From: Anaerolineae bacterium
GTDB lineage: Bacteria; Chloroflexota; Anaerolineae; UBA1429
Assembly (NCBI GenBank): GCA_963675785.1
Contig: OY776562.1
Location: 2,336,001 to 2,400,000, forward strand
Direction of reading: 5' to 3'
Length of the DNA: 64,000 bases
The notes beneath the pieces are model-generated. The model saw only the letters and a program-made list of their open reading frames with translations, was not told where the DNA came from and made no database searches. Every line of letters begins with the position of its first letter. Position 1 is the stretch's first letter. Below are positions 55,153-64,000 of this stretch, piece by piece. Made by a program: the position numbers and the translations under genes.

Positions 55153-55270
55153 TATCTATACTCCCAAGGGCAAACAGGAACATTTTGTTGGATGACGATT
55201 CCCAACAAACTACCCCTGACAAGTATACATCAGGGGTAGGCAGGGTCGAAACTGTGTAGGATTGTACGTG

Positions 55271-56398
55271 CTAGGAAAGGCGGGCCTTCATAATCTCCAT
55301 AGCCAATTCGGGAGTGGCTCCTCGCTCTGTGGTGCGCAGATTAAAGTAACGGAATACGTCGCGTAAAATGGCCGCCAGAGGCACGCCCAAAAGCATCCCC
55401 CAGATGCCGCTCACTTCTGCGCCTACTACCACAATGACCATGACCACTGCGGGGTGGAACTTGACAGCATTTCCCTGAATTTTGGGCAACAACAGTAGAT
55501 TCTCTGCCTGCTGTACGATGAAAAAGACGACGCCCACCCAGAGCACCTTTAGCAGATCGCCACTGGCCAAAGCAATGATTAGCGGCAGCAGCGCACCGAG
55601 GTAGGGGCCAAGATAGGGGATGATATCTAGGATGCCGGCCACACTACCCAGCAACAACGCGGGCTCAATCCCCAGAATGAGCAAACCAATGGTAGAACCA
55701 ATAGCAATCGAGAGACATAGTACGATCTGACCACGCACATAAGAAGACAGCAATCTGTCTACAATCTGGACCACCGCCCGCACATCAGCACGGGCCTTGT
55801 CAGGGATCAATTCATAAAAACTCTCTGTAAAACGCTTTTGATCGTTTAGAATATAGAATCCCCAAAAAGGTACAATGACAAGACCAATAACAAAACCCAC
55901 TGTACTGAATAACGTTTTGGCAGTGGCTTCGAGGCCTGCAGAAGCCGAGTCGATGATCTGATTGAATAGGTTTTCTACATTCGTCTCGATAGCCGTACTT
56001 AATTCGGGAGGCACCTTCTCTAGCCATTGGGGGAGGTCATGGGTGATGACGCGCTGCACGCTCTCAATCCAGCCAGGGATCTCTTCTACAAAACTCGCCC
56101 CCTGCTCACGGAAAAGCGGCACAAACACGGTTAGCACACCAGCGACTAGCCCGAGCAAAAGGATGTAAACCAACACAACTGCCAGTGTGCGTGCTACTCT
56201 CTTGCCACGCCAAAAGCGAGGTGCGTGCGCCTCTAACCAATCTACAATGGGCATTAACACATAGATCAAGATGCTTCCCAGGAAAAAGGGCACCAGCGCC
56301 GCTGCCCCGCGGATGAGAATCCAGAGCAGGATAATGCCAAAAACGGTATAGAGAATAACCCGGTTGCGCGTTCTGCTGTCATAAAACCAATCAAACAC
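55271..56398 (-). CDS. AI-2E family (PerM) transporter
   Basis: YVRGQ, IIPYLGP, QQAENLLLLPKI.G..V.FHP, GMLLGVP; GTG 56398 after AGGAGG. Confidence 0.85.
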   Translation of the reverse strand: MFDWFYDSRTRNRVILYTVFGIILLWILIRGAAALVPFFLGSILIYVLMPIVDWLEAHAPRFWRGKRVARTLAVVLVYILLLGLVAGVLTVFVPLFREQGASFVEEIPGWIESVQRVITHDLPQWLEKVPPELSTAIETNVENLFNQIIDSASAGLEATAKTLFSTVGFVIGLVIVPFWGFYILNDQKRFTESFYELIPDKARADVRAVVQIVDRLLSSYVRGQIVLCLSIAIGSTIGLLILGIEPALLLGSVAGILDIIPYLGPYLGALLPLIIALASGDLLKVLWVGVVFFIVQQAENLLLLPKIQGNAVKFHPAVVMVIVVVGAEVSGIWGMLLGVPLAAILRDVFRYFNLRTTERGATPELAMEIMKARLS

Positions 56399-57185
56399 GA
56401 GAACCTCCTGCACCAGCAACTATCTCTTGGATGTCTTGTTGCCAATCACCCAGCGCCGGCCTATTCCACCTCAACCAGACAAAAAACTCGACATTGCCCT
56501 TGGGGCCAGTAATAGGAGAGCGGCAAAGACCATTATAATGCCAGCCAGACTCTACTGCCCATGAAATAACACTCTCAAGTACCCGACGATGCGTATCTGA
56601 ATCACGAATTACACCATCTTCGGAGAATTCTCGCTCTGCTTCAAACTGAGGTTTGATCAGGGCGACCAGATCGCCTCCCTCATCAGCAAACCAGCCTGTA
56701 ATAGGGGGAAACAAAGCCTTGAGCGAAATAAACGAAGCATCGATCACAACCAAATCGACGGGCTCGGGCAGATTCTCCAGGTAACGCGCATTGGTACGAT
56801 CCATCACCACTACGCGGGGATCACTACGCACAGACCAGGCCAGTTGGCCGTAGCCCACATCAATAGCATAGACGCGAGCGGCGCCATGCTGAAGCAAACA
56901 ATCGGTAAAGCCACCGGTAGAAGCCCCAACATCGGCGGCGATGCGTCCCTCGACGCAAATGCCTAACAAGTCCATCGCTCCAGCCAGCTTGATGCCGCCA
57001 CGACTGACATACTGGCGCAACTCGGCCAACTGGATATCGGCATCCAAGGGAACACGCGTTTCAGAGGTAACAAAGCCCATACCGGGCACCGATACCTCGC
57101 CAGCCATGATGATTCGACGAGCTTGATCAATATCCGAGACGAGATCTCGCAGTACAAGAAATTCGTCCAAGCGAATTTGTTTCAT
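56391..57185 (-). CDS. tlyA: TlyA family rRNA 2'-O-methyltransferase
   Basis: RLD S4-like start, YVSRGGIKL, DVGASTGGFTD, DVGYGQL, SFISL, LIKPQFE, SPITG.KGNVEF. Confidence 0.93.
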   Translation of the reverse strand: MKQIRLDEFLVLRDLVSDIDQARRIIMAGEVSVPGMGFVTSETRVPLDADIQLAELRQYVSRGGIKLAGAMDLLGICVEGRIAADVGASTGGFTDCLLQHGAARVYAIDVGYGQLAWSVRSDPRVVVMDRTNARYLENLPEPVDLVVIDASFISLKALFPPITGWFADEGGDLVALIKPQFEAEREFSEDGVIRDSDTHRRVLESVISWAVESGWHYNGLCRSPITGPKGNVEFFVWLRWNRPALGDWQQDIQEIVAGAGGSRV

Positions 57186-57334
57186 AAGATTTAACCTATC
57201 GAAGTAGAGCGCATGTGTCAACCTGCAAGCCATCTTGACGATATAATGCCCCCCCACTAGTATAGTGCAGATTAGGTATGGAGTATCGGCTGTATTTTGC
57301 CAAGCCTTCATTCAGTGAAAACGGAGTGAAACCG

Positions 57335-58543
57335 ATGACGGATATGCCGTCTAGAGAACAAATTCTTGAAAAGGCTCGTCTGGTGCGACAGCGCATCCAT
57401 GATGTGCACATCAAGCAGTTCCCCGACCAACCCGGGCCTGTGTTTCTGATCTCAAACGCCTACCCCGGTGTATGGCTAGAGCACGTATACGACGCCATCA
57501 GCTTTGCCCGGCTAGAGCCTGCCATGGCGCACATCGCCCGCAATCAGGTGCTTCTTTTTCTACGCAATCAAAAGCCTGATGGACGGCTGCCTTTTCAGGT
57601 AATCGATATGAGCAATCCGAGGAGCAATCATTACAAAGAGGCTGTAGGGTACAATCAGATACAGGAATGCGTATCCTTTGCTCGATTATGCCTAGAAGCC
57701 GCCCAACTGACCGGGGATCGGGCCCTTTTAGAAGAAGCATACGCTGGTTGTGCTAAATGGGATGACTGGCAGTGCCAGAATCGCATGACGCTAAATACCG
57801 GCCTTATCGAGCTTTTTTGTTTATACGATACCGGCCATGATCATAGTGCGCGTTTGGATGGTATCCCCGTCAAGTGTCCCGACGACGAGGGACGCGTGTG
57901 TGCGGACCATCCTGCATTGCCGATTCTCGCGCCAGATATGAATGCCGTGTTTTATGGTTCGCGCAAAGCCCTGGCCGAAATGGCCGAACTGCTCGGAAAA
58001 CCAGATGAGGCCGCACAGTGGTGGCAAAAGGCCGAAACAGTTAAACAGGCAATGCTGGCGCGGCTGTACGATGCGCAAGACGAGTTCTTTTATGATGCGG
58101 ACAAAAATGGCAATCATCGCAAGTTCCGCAGCATCCACATCTCTAACGTCCTATCAGAGCGGGTACCGGATGAGGAGATGGCTCAGCGCATCTACGAACG
58201 CCACATGAAGAACCCAAAAGAGTTCTGGACGCCTTACCCCTTCCCTTCGATGTCGATCTCTGACCCTGGCTCCAAGCAGGATCGTGACGGCAACAGCTGG
58301 GGCTTTTACTCGCAGGGCCTAACAACACTGCGAGCCATGCGCTGGATGGATGACTATGGTCATGGTGACGATCTCGAGTACCTGATGTCGCGCTGGGTCA
58401 AGGCGTTCACTGAATCGCAAGAAATGAACTTTTCGCAAGAACTGCATCCTATCACTGGAAAACTGTCGCGCAGCTCGGAATGGTATTCTAGTTCGATGCT
58501 GGTTTTCCTTCACGCCATCAGACGATTGGGATATGAATCATAA
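57335..58543 (+). CDS. (alpha/alpha)6 glycoside hydrolase, GH63/GH37 (MGH1/trehalase-like)
   Basis: DTGHDHS.R, PDMNA, LYD..DEFFYD, EFWTPYPFPS, FSQE..P.TG. Confidence 0.65.
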   Translation: MTDMPSREQILEKARLVRQRIHDVHIKQFPDQPGPVFLISNAYPGVWLEHVYDAISFARLEPAMAHIARNQVLLFLRNQKPDGRLPFQVIDMSNPRSNHYKEAVGYNQIQECVSFARLCLEAAQLTGDRALLEEAYAGCAKWDDWQCQNRMTLNTGLIELFCLYDTGHDHSARLDGIPVKCPDDEGRVCADHPALPILAPDMNAVFYGSRKALAEMAELLGKPDEAAQWWQKAETVKQAMLARLYDAQDEFFYDADKNGNHRKFRSIHISNVLSERVPDEEMAQRIYERHMKNPKEFWTPYPFPSMSISDPGSKQDRDGNSWGFYSQGLTTLRAMRWMDDYGHGDDLEYLMSRWVKAFTESQEMNFSQELHPITGKLSRSSEWYSSSMLVFLHAIRRLGYES

Positions 58544-58648
58544 CCTTATCGTCAAGGTTTTGCCACCAGCAGCAACTGATCAACGCAAACCTTGACGATA
58601 CCACACCCTCTCGCTACTATTGGGTAATCTACATACAAGGAGCCAAGG

Positions 58649-59521
58649 GTGCATCCGCTACTCAAAACCATGCGGCCCAAGCAATGGGCCAAGAACGTTT
58701 TTGTTTTTGCCGGCTTGTTCTTTGACGGCAAGTTACTCAATCTCAAGAGTGTTGCTCTATCTGTGGCCGCATTCGCCGTTTTCTGCTGCGTTTCTAGTGC
58801 TATTTACCTGGTGAATGATCTCGCAGATATTGAACAAGACAGATTGCACCCCAAAAAACGCTTTCGACCACTTGCCGCCGGTACGCTTAAACAATCCACA
58901 GCTCGCATTGCTGCCGTCGTATTGTTGGTTGTTGCACTGGCAGGCAGCCTGGCCATTTCTACAACATTTGCTATCGTCGTGGCACTCTATGCCGTCATTA
59001 TGTTGCTCTACAGCTTGCGCCTCAAGCATGTGGTCATCATTGATGTACTCATCGTCGCTACGGGATTTGTGCTGCGCGTTTGGGGCGGTGCTGTTGTGGT
59101 GCAAGTAGCGCGATTTTCTCCGTGGTTGTACGTTTGCACCACGCTGCTAGCACTATTTATCGCCGTCAGCAAACGACGTAATGAACTCATCACCCTGGGA
59201 GAAGATGCAGGCGATCATCGTGCTGTGCTCAATGGTTACACTCTCGGTTATATCGATACACTCACCTCGATCATCATCTCTACGACTTTGGCAGCCTATT
59301 CCTTTTATACTTTCAGTGCGCCCAATCTGCCAGATAACCACGCCATGATGCTCACCATCCCCTTTGTACTCTATGGGTTGATGCGCTACATGTACCTGGT
59401 TTATGTCAAAGAGATGGGGGGCGCCCCTGAAGAGATCGCCTTATCGGACAGGCCATTGATCATCTGCATCATTCTGTGGATGCTCACTGCCGGTATCGTC
59501 ATCTATCCAAGCCTTATCTAG
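58649..59521 (+). CDS. Decaprenyl/polyprenyl-phosphate phosphoribosyltransferase (UbiA family, Rv3806c-like)
   Basis: MRPKQWAKN, YLVND..D.EQDRLHPKKRFRPLAAG, YS..LKH, GFVLR..GG, KRRNE, YGLMRY, GG.PE. Confidence 0.88.
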   Translation: MHPLLKTMRPKQWAKNVFVFAGLFFDGKLLNLKSVALSVAAFAVFCCVSSAIYLVNDLADIEQDRLHPKKRFRPLAAGTLKQSTARIAAVVLLVVALAGSLAISTTFAIVVALYAVIMLLYSLRLKHVVIIDVLIVATGFVLRVWGGAVVVQVARFSPWLYVCTTLLALFIAVSKRRNELITLGEDAGDHRAVLNGYTLGYIDTLTSIIISTTLAAYSFYTFSAPNLPDNHAMMLTIPFVLYGLMRYMYLVYVKEMGGAPEEIALSDRPLIICIILWMLTAGIVIYPSLI

Positions 59522-59553
59522 CCTAACTGCTAGAACACGGGCATATAAACAAG

Positions 59554-59585
59554 ACGAGCTATGCGAGGATTCTCGCATAGCTCGT
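59554..59585. terminator. Hairpin between convergent ubiA-like gene and rpsI
   Basis: 14-bp perfect stem ACGAGCTATGCGAG-GATT-CTCGCATAGCTCGT. Confidence 0.75.
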
Positions 59586-59608
59586 TGATATTCCGGATCC
59601 AAGCCGGA

Positions 59609-60001
59609 TTAACGCTTGGTATACTGCGGCGCCTTACGTGCGCGCTTGAGACCGGCCTTCTTGCGTTCCTTGGCACGCGGATCGCGCGTCAAAAAGCCAG
59701 CTCGCTTGAGTGCCGGGCGGAACTCGGGATCTGCCTCCAGCAACGCTCGTGCGACACCATGGCGGATAGCTTCGGTCTGGCCAGTTACACCGCCGCCGGC
59801 CACAACAACCGAGATGGTGAATTTGCCATCCACTTCAACCAGGCGAAGCGGAGCCAAAGCAACATCCAAATCGCCCTCGCGAGAAAAGAACTCTTCAGCG
59901 GGCTTGCCGTTTACTACAAAAGCACCGTCGCCAGGGTAAAGGCGTACACGCGCTACTGAAGACTTGCGGCGGCCCGTGCCATAAAAATACCTAGAAGCCA
60001 A
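59609..60001 (-). CDS. rpsI: 30S ribosomal protein S9
   Basis: GTGRRKSSVARV...LTRDPR.KERKK.GL..ARKAPQYTKR. Confidence 0.98.
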   Translation of the reverse strand: MASRYFYGTGRRKSSVARVRLYPGDGAFVVNGKPAEEFFSREGDLDVALAPLRLVEVDGKFTISVVVAGGGVTGQTEAIRHGVARALLEADPEFRPALKRAGFLTRDPRAKERKKAGLKRARKAPQYTKR

Positions 60002-60047
60002 TGGAATCCTCCTTTAACGATCCGGCATTCTGGTCAGCCTTGGCCGC

Positions 60048-60476
60048 CTAGAGAGCCAGTTCCTTGGGCTGCTGGGCCGCATGGGGATGCGACTCGCCGG
60101 CATATATCTTGAGTTTCTTGATCATCTGACGACCAAGTTTGTTCTTGGGCAGCATACCCTGTACGGCGTGCTCAATAACACGCTCAGGGTGCGTTGCCAG
60201 CATAGTCTCTAGCGTGGTCTCGGTCAACCCACCGGGATACCCGCTGTAACGATAGTACTTTTTGCTGGCCAACTTGTTACCAGTCACTGCAACTTTGTCG
60301 GCGTTGATAACGACAACAAAATCTCCCGTGTCCATGCTAGGGGTAAAGATGGGCTTGTGCTTGCCGCGAAGAATCTGAGCAATCCCAGTCGCCAGGCGAC
60401 CAAGAGTTTTACCTTCGGCGTCCACCACATACCACTCTCGCACAATATCTGACGGCTTGGCAGAGTATGTCTTCAC
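60048..60476 (-). CDS. rplM: 50S ribosomal protein L13
   Basis: [40 protein letters not shown]. Confidence 0.98.
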   Translation of the reverse strand: MKTYSAKPSDIVREWYVVDAEGKTLGRLATGIAQILRGKHKPIFTPSMDTGDFVVVINADKVAVTGNKLASKKYYRYSGYPGGLTETTLETMLATHPERVIEHAVQGMLPKNKLGRQMIKKLKIYAGESHPHAAQQPKELAL

Positions 60477-60543
60477 GTTCCGGAACTCCTTAATCCAACA
60501 CTCGGTGAGCTTGGCTCACACAACCACTGCTGCGCGGTCAGCG

Positions 60544-61314
60544 CTAATCAGCAGTCCCATGGTCATCATAACACACATGCCACAGAATCAGCCCTTGCGG
60601 AGGCGCGGGTGGCGCCGACTCGTTGATGTCCTTCTGTAGCAGTAACTCGTCAATTCGGGATACTGGCCAATCGCCAAGCCCGACCTGAACGAGTGCTCCA
60701 ACAATCCGTCTGACCATGCCTCGCAAAAAGCCCGATCCCTCAATGGTAAAAGTAACCTGGGCATTTGCAGCATTCGCTTGGCACAGAGCGTGATCGATAC
60801 GGCGTATTGTGCTAAAGCCCGAAGTAGGCTGACCGAAACCAGCAAAATCGTGCTCTCCGAGCAGGCTTTGTGCCGCCACATTCATGGCGTCCACATCCAG
60901 CTCGGCGCGTACTCGCCACATGTAACGCTCTCGGAGCGGATCGCGAATTGTAGAGCTATACAAACTGTAAACGTACGTTCGCGACGTTGCACTGTAACGG
61001 GCATGGAACCTGGGATCACAGATAGCCAAATCACGAAATGAAACTGCTGGATCGACTACCGCATTCAGTGCACGTTGCAATTCGCAAGTATCATGACGCC
61101 AGATTAAATCAAAAGTGATAACCTGGCCTCTGGCGTGTACTCCTGTATCGGTGCGGCCTGCGCCCGCAATACGAACTTGCTGGCCAGAGACCTGGCGGAT
61201 CGCATTCTCAATCTCACCCTGCACTGTCAAAAGGTCACGCTGATACTGAAAGCCATAAAACGTCGTCCCATCATAGGCGACGATTGAGCGGTACCTCTTG
61301 GAATCATCCATCAT
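60544..61314 (-). CDS. truA: tRNA pseudouridine(38-40) synthase
   Basis: AYDGT.F.GFQ, AGRTDTGVHA.GQ, FHARYSA, FLRGMVR, APPQGL. Confidence 0.95.
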   Translation of the reverse strand: MMDDSKRYRSIVAYDGTTFYGFQYQRDLLTVQGEIENAIRQVSGQQVRIAGAGRTDTGVHARGQVITFDLIWRHDTCELQRALNAVVDPAVSFRDLAICDPRFHARYSATSRTYVYSLYSSTIRDPLRERYMWRVRAELDVDAMNVAAQSLLGEHDFAGFGQPTSGFSTIRRIDHALCQANAANAQVTFTIEGSGFLRGMVRRIVGALVQVGLGDWPVSRIDELLLQKDINESAPPAPPQGLILWHVCYDDHGTAD

Positions 61315-61334
61315 GCACCGCCCGAACAGTCGAG

Positions 61335-61715
61335 CTAGTCAACCAGCTCCACCACGACCATCTCGGCACCATCACCCTTGCGGGGGCCCAAATTATATAT
61401 TCGCGTGTAACCACCATTACGTTCTGCGAATCTGGGGCCGATCTCATCCAAAAGTTTGCGTGCTACTGCAGGATCGCTCAACCTTGCCACAGCAAGCCGA
61501 CGCTCATGCACATCCGAAGCATCATCTGCACGCTTAGCCGCACCATTTTTGGCAATCGTGATCAAACGCTCAGCATAAGGCCTAAAAGCCTGGGCCTTGG
61601 CTTTGGTCGTTGTGATCCTCTCATGCCGGAACAGCTCTGTTGCAAGTCCTCTAAATAGCGCCAGGCGCTGCGACGTATTACGACCCAGCTTCCGTCCGCT
61701 TACACGATGTCTCAT
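61335..61715 (-). CDS. rplQ: 50S ribosomal protein L17
   Basis: MRHR..GRKLGR, ITTTKAKA, R.GGYTRI, R.GDGA. Confidence 0.98.
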   Translation of the reverse strand: MRHRVSGRKLGRNTSQRLALFRGLATELFRHERITTTKAKAQAFRPYAERLITIAKNGAAKRADDASDVHERRLAVARLSDPAVARKLLDEIGPRFAERNGGYTRIYNLGPRKGDGAEMVVVELVD

Positions 61716-61764
61716 CGAAAGCTACCTCACTCATCATCTACCAGGGACAGGTGCCCCGCTGGCA

Positions 61765-62712
61765 TTACAGATCCAGTTCATAGTCCGAGGCGAGATAGCC
61801 TCGTTCCTTGAGCGTATCCACGAGCTCGACCAACGACTTTTGGCCAAAGTTTCTGATGGCAAGCATCTCTGAAGCACCTTTTTCAAGGCGATCAAGGATC
61901 TCTCCAACCGTCATGATCCCCGCCCGCTTTAGGCAGTTAAAGGCGCGCATTGGCAGCTCTAGCTCTTCAATAGCTATATCTGCAAATTCGCTCTCTTCTT
62001 CCAGGGGAATCTCGGCTTCTTCCTCAGAAACGCCCTTTTCAAACACAGCAATCGGTTCAAAGTGGGCCAGCAAAAGCTTGGCTGCCCTTCGCAAAGCCTC
62101 GGTCGGCTGCATAGTGCCATCAGTCCAAACCTCAAGCTTGAGAAGGTCATAGTCGGTGCGCTGCTCAATTCGCGTCGCAGTCACATCGGTATGCACTTTG
62201 ACGATCGGGCTAAAGATGGCATCGATGGGGATTTGCCCAATAGGGAGAGTGCCTCGCTCCTCTGCAGGAGAATAGCCGACCCCTTGGTCAACTGTCATCT
62301 CAAAGTCCAATTCCGAATCCAAAGTGTCCAATGTCAGCAGCTGCAACTCTGGGTTGATGATCTCGATATCAGCCGGAACCTCAATATCACCGGCCGTGAT
62401 CACGCTCTTACCCTGAGCACTCACCCGCATATGCACTGTATCCTCACTGTGCGAGATCAAACGAACCCGCTTGAGGTTGAGAATAAAGCGCATTACATCT
62501 TCTTTAGCGCCTGGGATTGGTGAAAACTCGTGCGGGACACCAGCTACTCGCACAGACGTAATTGCTGCACCGGGCAGCGACGAGAGCAGCACACGACGCA
62601 ACGTCGTGCCAACAGTCATACCGTAACCCCGCTCCATCGGACCGATCGCAAAACGCCCGTAACTGAGCGTGGTAGCCTCACATACAATCCTCGGCAATAC
62701 TTGCCTCAGCAA
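61765..62712 (-). CDS. rpoA: RNA polymerase subunit alpha
   Basis: PMERGYG.T.G..LRRVLLSS, HEFS, IPIDAIFSP, alpha-CTD RAFNCLKRAG..IRNFGQKS. Confidence 0.97.
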   Translation of the reverse strand: MLRQVLPRIVCEATTLSYGRFAIGPMERGYGMTVGTTLRRVLLSSLPGAAITSVRVAGVPHEFSPIPGAKEDVMRFILNLKRVRLISHSEDTVHMRVSAQGKSVITAGDIEVPADIEIINPELQLLTLDTLDSELDFEMTVDQGVGYSPAEERGTLPIGQIPIDAIFSPIVKVHTDVTATRIEQRTDYDLLKLEVWTDGTMQPTEALRRAAKLLLAHFEPIAVFEKGVSEEEAEIPLEEESEFADIAIEELELPMRAFNCLKRAGIMTVGEILDRLEKGASEMLAIRNFGQKSLVELVDTLKERGYLASDYELDL

Positions 62713-62787
62713 GGGGCTTCCTCCTTTGTTTTAGATGGCGACACCGGATGCCACAGCAACTCGGCCAACGCCACCAAACGGTCCGCC

Positions 62788-63423
62788 TTATCGCGAATAG
62801 TATTCGACAATAAGTTGTTCCTGGACGGGGATATCAATTTGTTCACGTGTCGGAAGCGCGAGAACCTCACCCTTGAGTTCGGCAGCGTCAAGACGCAGCC
62901 ACACAGGGGTTGTTCTGTGCTCCAGAACCTCGCCCAAGCTCTTGAAATAAATGTTATTCTTGGAACCCTCGCGCACTTCGATCACATCGCCTTCGCTGAC
63001 GAGCGCCGACGGAATGTCCAAACGGCGACCGTTTACACGAAAATGACCGTGATTGACGAGCTGACGAGCCTGAGCGCGGGAATCACCGAAACCCATGCGA
63101 TACACGACGTTATCCAGGCGGCTCTCGAGAATAATCAAGAGATTAGCGCCGGTTGGGCCGGACTGGCCCAGAGCCATATCAAAATAGCGCCGGAACTGAC
63201 GCTCCAAGACGCCATAGTATCGACGGGCACGCTGCTTCTCGCGAAGCTGTGTACCATAGTCGGATTCCTTGGAACGAAAACGCCCTCTCTTGGGATCAAA
63301 CCCAGGGGGTGTGGGGCGCTTTTCCATAGCGCACTTGGGCGACATGCAACGCTCACCCTTCAGGAAGAGCTTCATCCCTTCCCTGCGGCAGAGCTTGCAA
63401 ACTGAACCTGTGTACCTAGCCAT
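62788..63423 (-). CDS. rpsD: 30S ribosomal protein S4 (four-Cys, Zn-binding form)
   Basis: [24 protein letters not shown]...[20 protein letters not shown]. Confidence 0.98.
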   Translation of the reverse strand: MARYTGSVCKLCRREGMKLFLKGERCMSPKCAMEKRPTPPGFDPKRGRFRSKESDYGTQLREKQRARRYYGVLERQFRRYFDMALGQSGPTGANLLIILESRLDNVVYRMGFGDSRAQARQLVNHGHFRVNGRRLDIPSALVSEGDVIEVREGSKNNIYFKSLGEVLEHRTTPVWLRLDAAELKGEVLALPTREQIDIPVQEQLIVEYYSR

Positions 63424-63576
63424 CTTACCTCCAAGACCAATGATTCATGCGAAACGGCAGAATCACGGTAGCGGGTTTACGCTCATTCATGACAGTCGGA
63501 ATGCCCAGTGTCATCCCCGCGCTACCGCAAGTGGGTGGGCTAAAAACACCCTCTTGCTACTACCGGCTCATGCAAA

Positions 63577-63972
63577 CTAGATTCGACGCTTCTTTGGCGG
63601 ACGACATCCGTTATGCGGAATAGGTGTTGTATCAGTAATAGAGCGCACTCTAAGGCCAACGGCCTGAATGGTGCGCATTGCAGCTTCACGGCCCGGCCCC
63701 GGACCTTTGACATAGATGTCGACTTCACGCATTCCATTATCCATCGCCGTGCGTGCTGCAGCCTCGCAGGCTACCTGTGCGGCATACGGCGTGCTCTTGC
63801 GCGAACCACGGAATCCCTGTCCCGCAGAACGCCAGCACACAACGTTACCCTGTGGATCAGTAAACGTCACAATGGTGTTATTAAATGTCGCCTGAATATA
63901 AGCACGCCCATAAGGCACGTTCTTGCGTTCTCGGCGAGACGTGCGCCCCGCGACATGTCCTCGACGCCCCAT
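63577..63972 (-). CDS. rpsK: 30S ribosomal protein S11
   Basis: [42 protein letters not shown]. Confidence 0.98.
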   Translation of the reverse strand: MGRRGHVAGRTSRRERKNVPYGRAYIQATFNNTIVTFTDPQGNVVCWRSAGQGFRGSRKSTPYAAQVACEAAARTAMDNGMREVDIYVKGPGPGREAAMRTIQAVGLRVRSITDTTPIPHNGCRPPKKRRI

Positions 63973-64000
63973 ACTATCCTCCGTGTAATGACTACGCGCT

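Noticed and set aside
55185-55240. Two hairpins upstream of lepA as a regulatory RNA
   Set aside because: Adequately explained as a terminator/spacer after the AI-2E gene; no known motif recognised
63992-64000. 3' end of rpsM
   Set aside because: Expected by synteny and a minus-strand TAG is present, but 9 nt is too little to support a call

Overview
Bacterial chromosome segment, most consistent with Chloroflexota (Anaerolineae-like). This is inferred from several DUF2298/'Chlor_Arch_YYY' and TIGR03663-type membrane proteins, a GAAC-N4-GTTC SOS box, and adaptor/ABC exporters with no TolC in the window. Left part (1-16 kb): small accessory genes, an orphan Flp pilin, a DEAD-box helicase, and a split methionine-synthase pair. 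That pair is followed by a 281-bp tandem array of non-coding copies of the gene 3' end whose differences are almost all synonymous. Next come a divergent ycaQ/ogt DNA-repair pair and an AT-richer SIR2-HerA antiphage cassette bracketed by a 14-bp direct repeat. Middle (16-28 kb): two paralogous four-gene MacAB/YknXYZ-like operons flanking tRNA-Arg(UCG), the second systematically more acidic. From 28-59 kb, a long minus-strand run holds about eight GT-C-type membrane glycosyltransferase domains (three fused in one ~2,350-aa protein), a GT4, a methyltransferase, a flippase-like gene and a secreted fibre protein, with a polyprenyl-phosphate phosphoribosyltransferase nearby. Right end: the ribosomal alpha-operon tail (rpsK-rpsD-rpoA-rplQ-truA-rplM-rpsI). 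All family calls come from motif recognition by eye; no searches were run.
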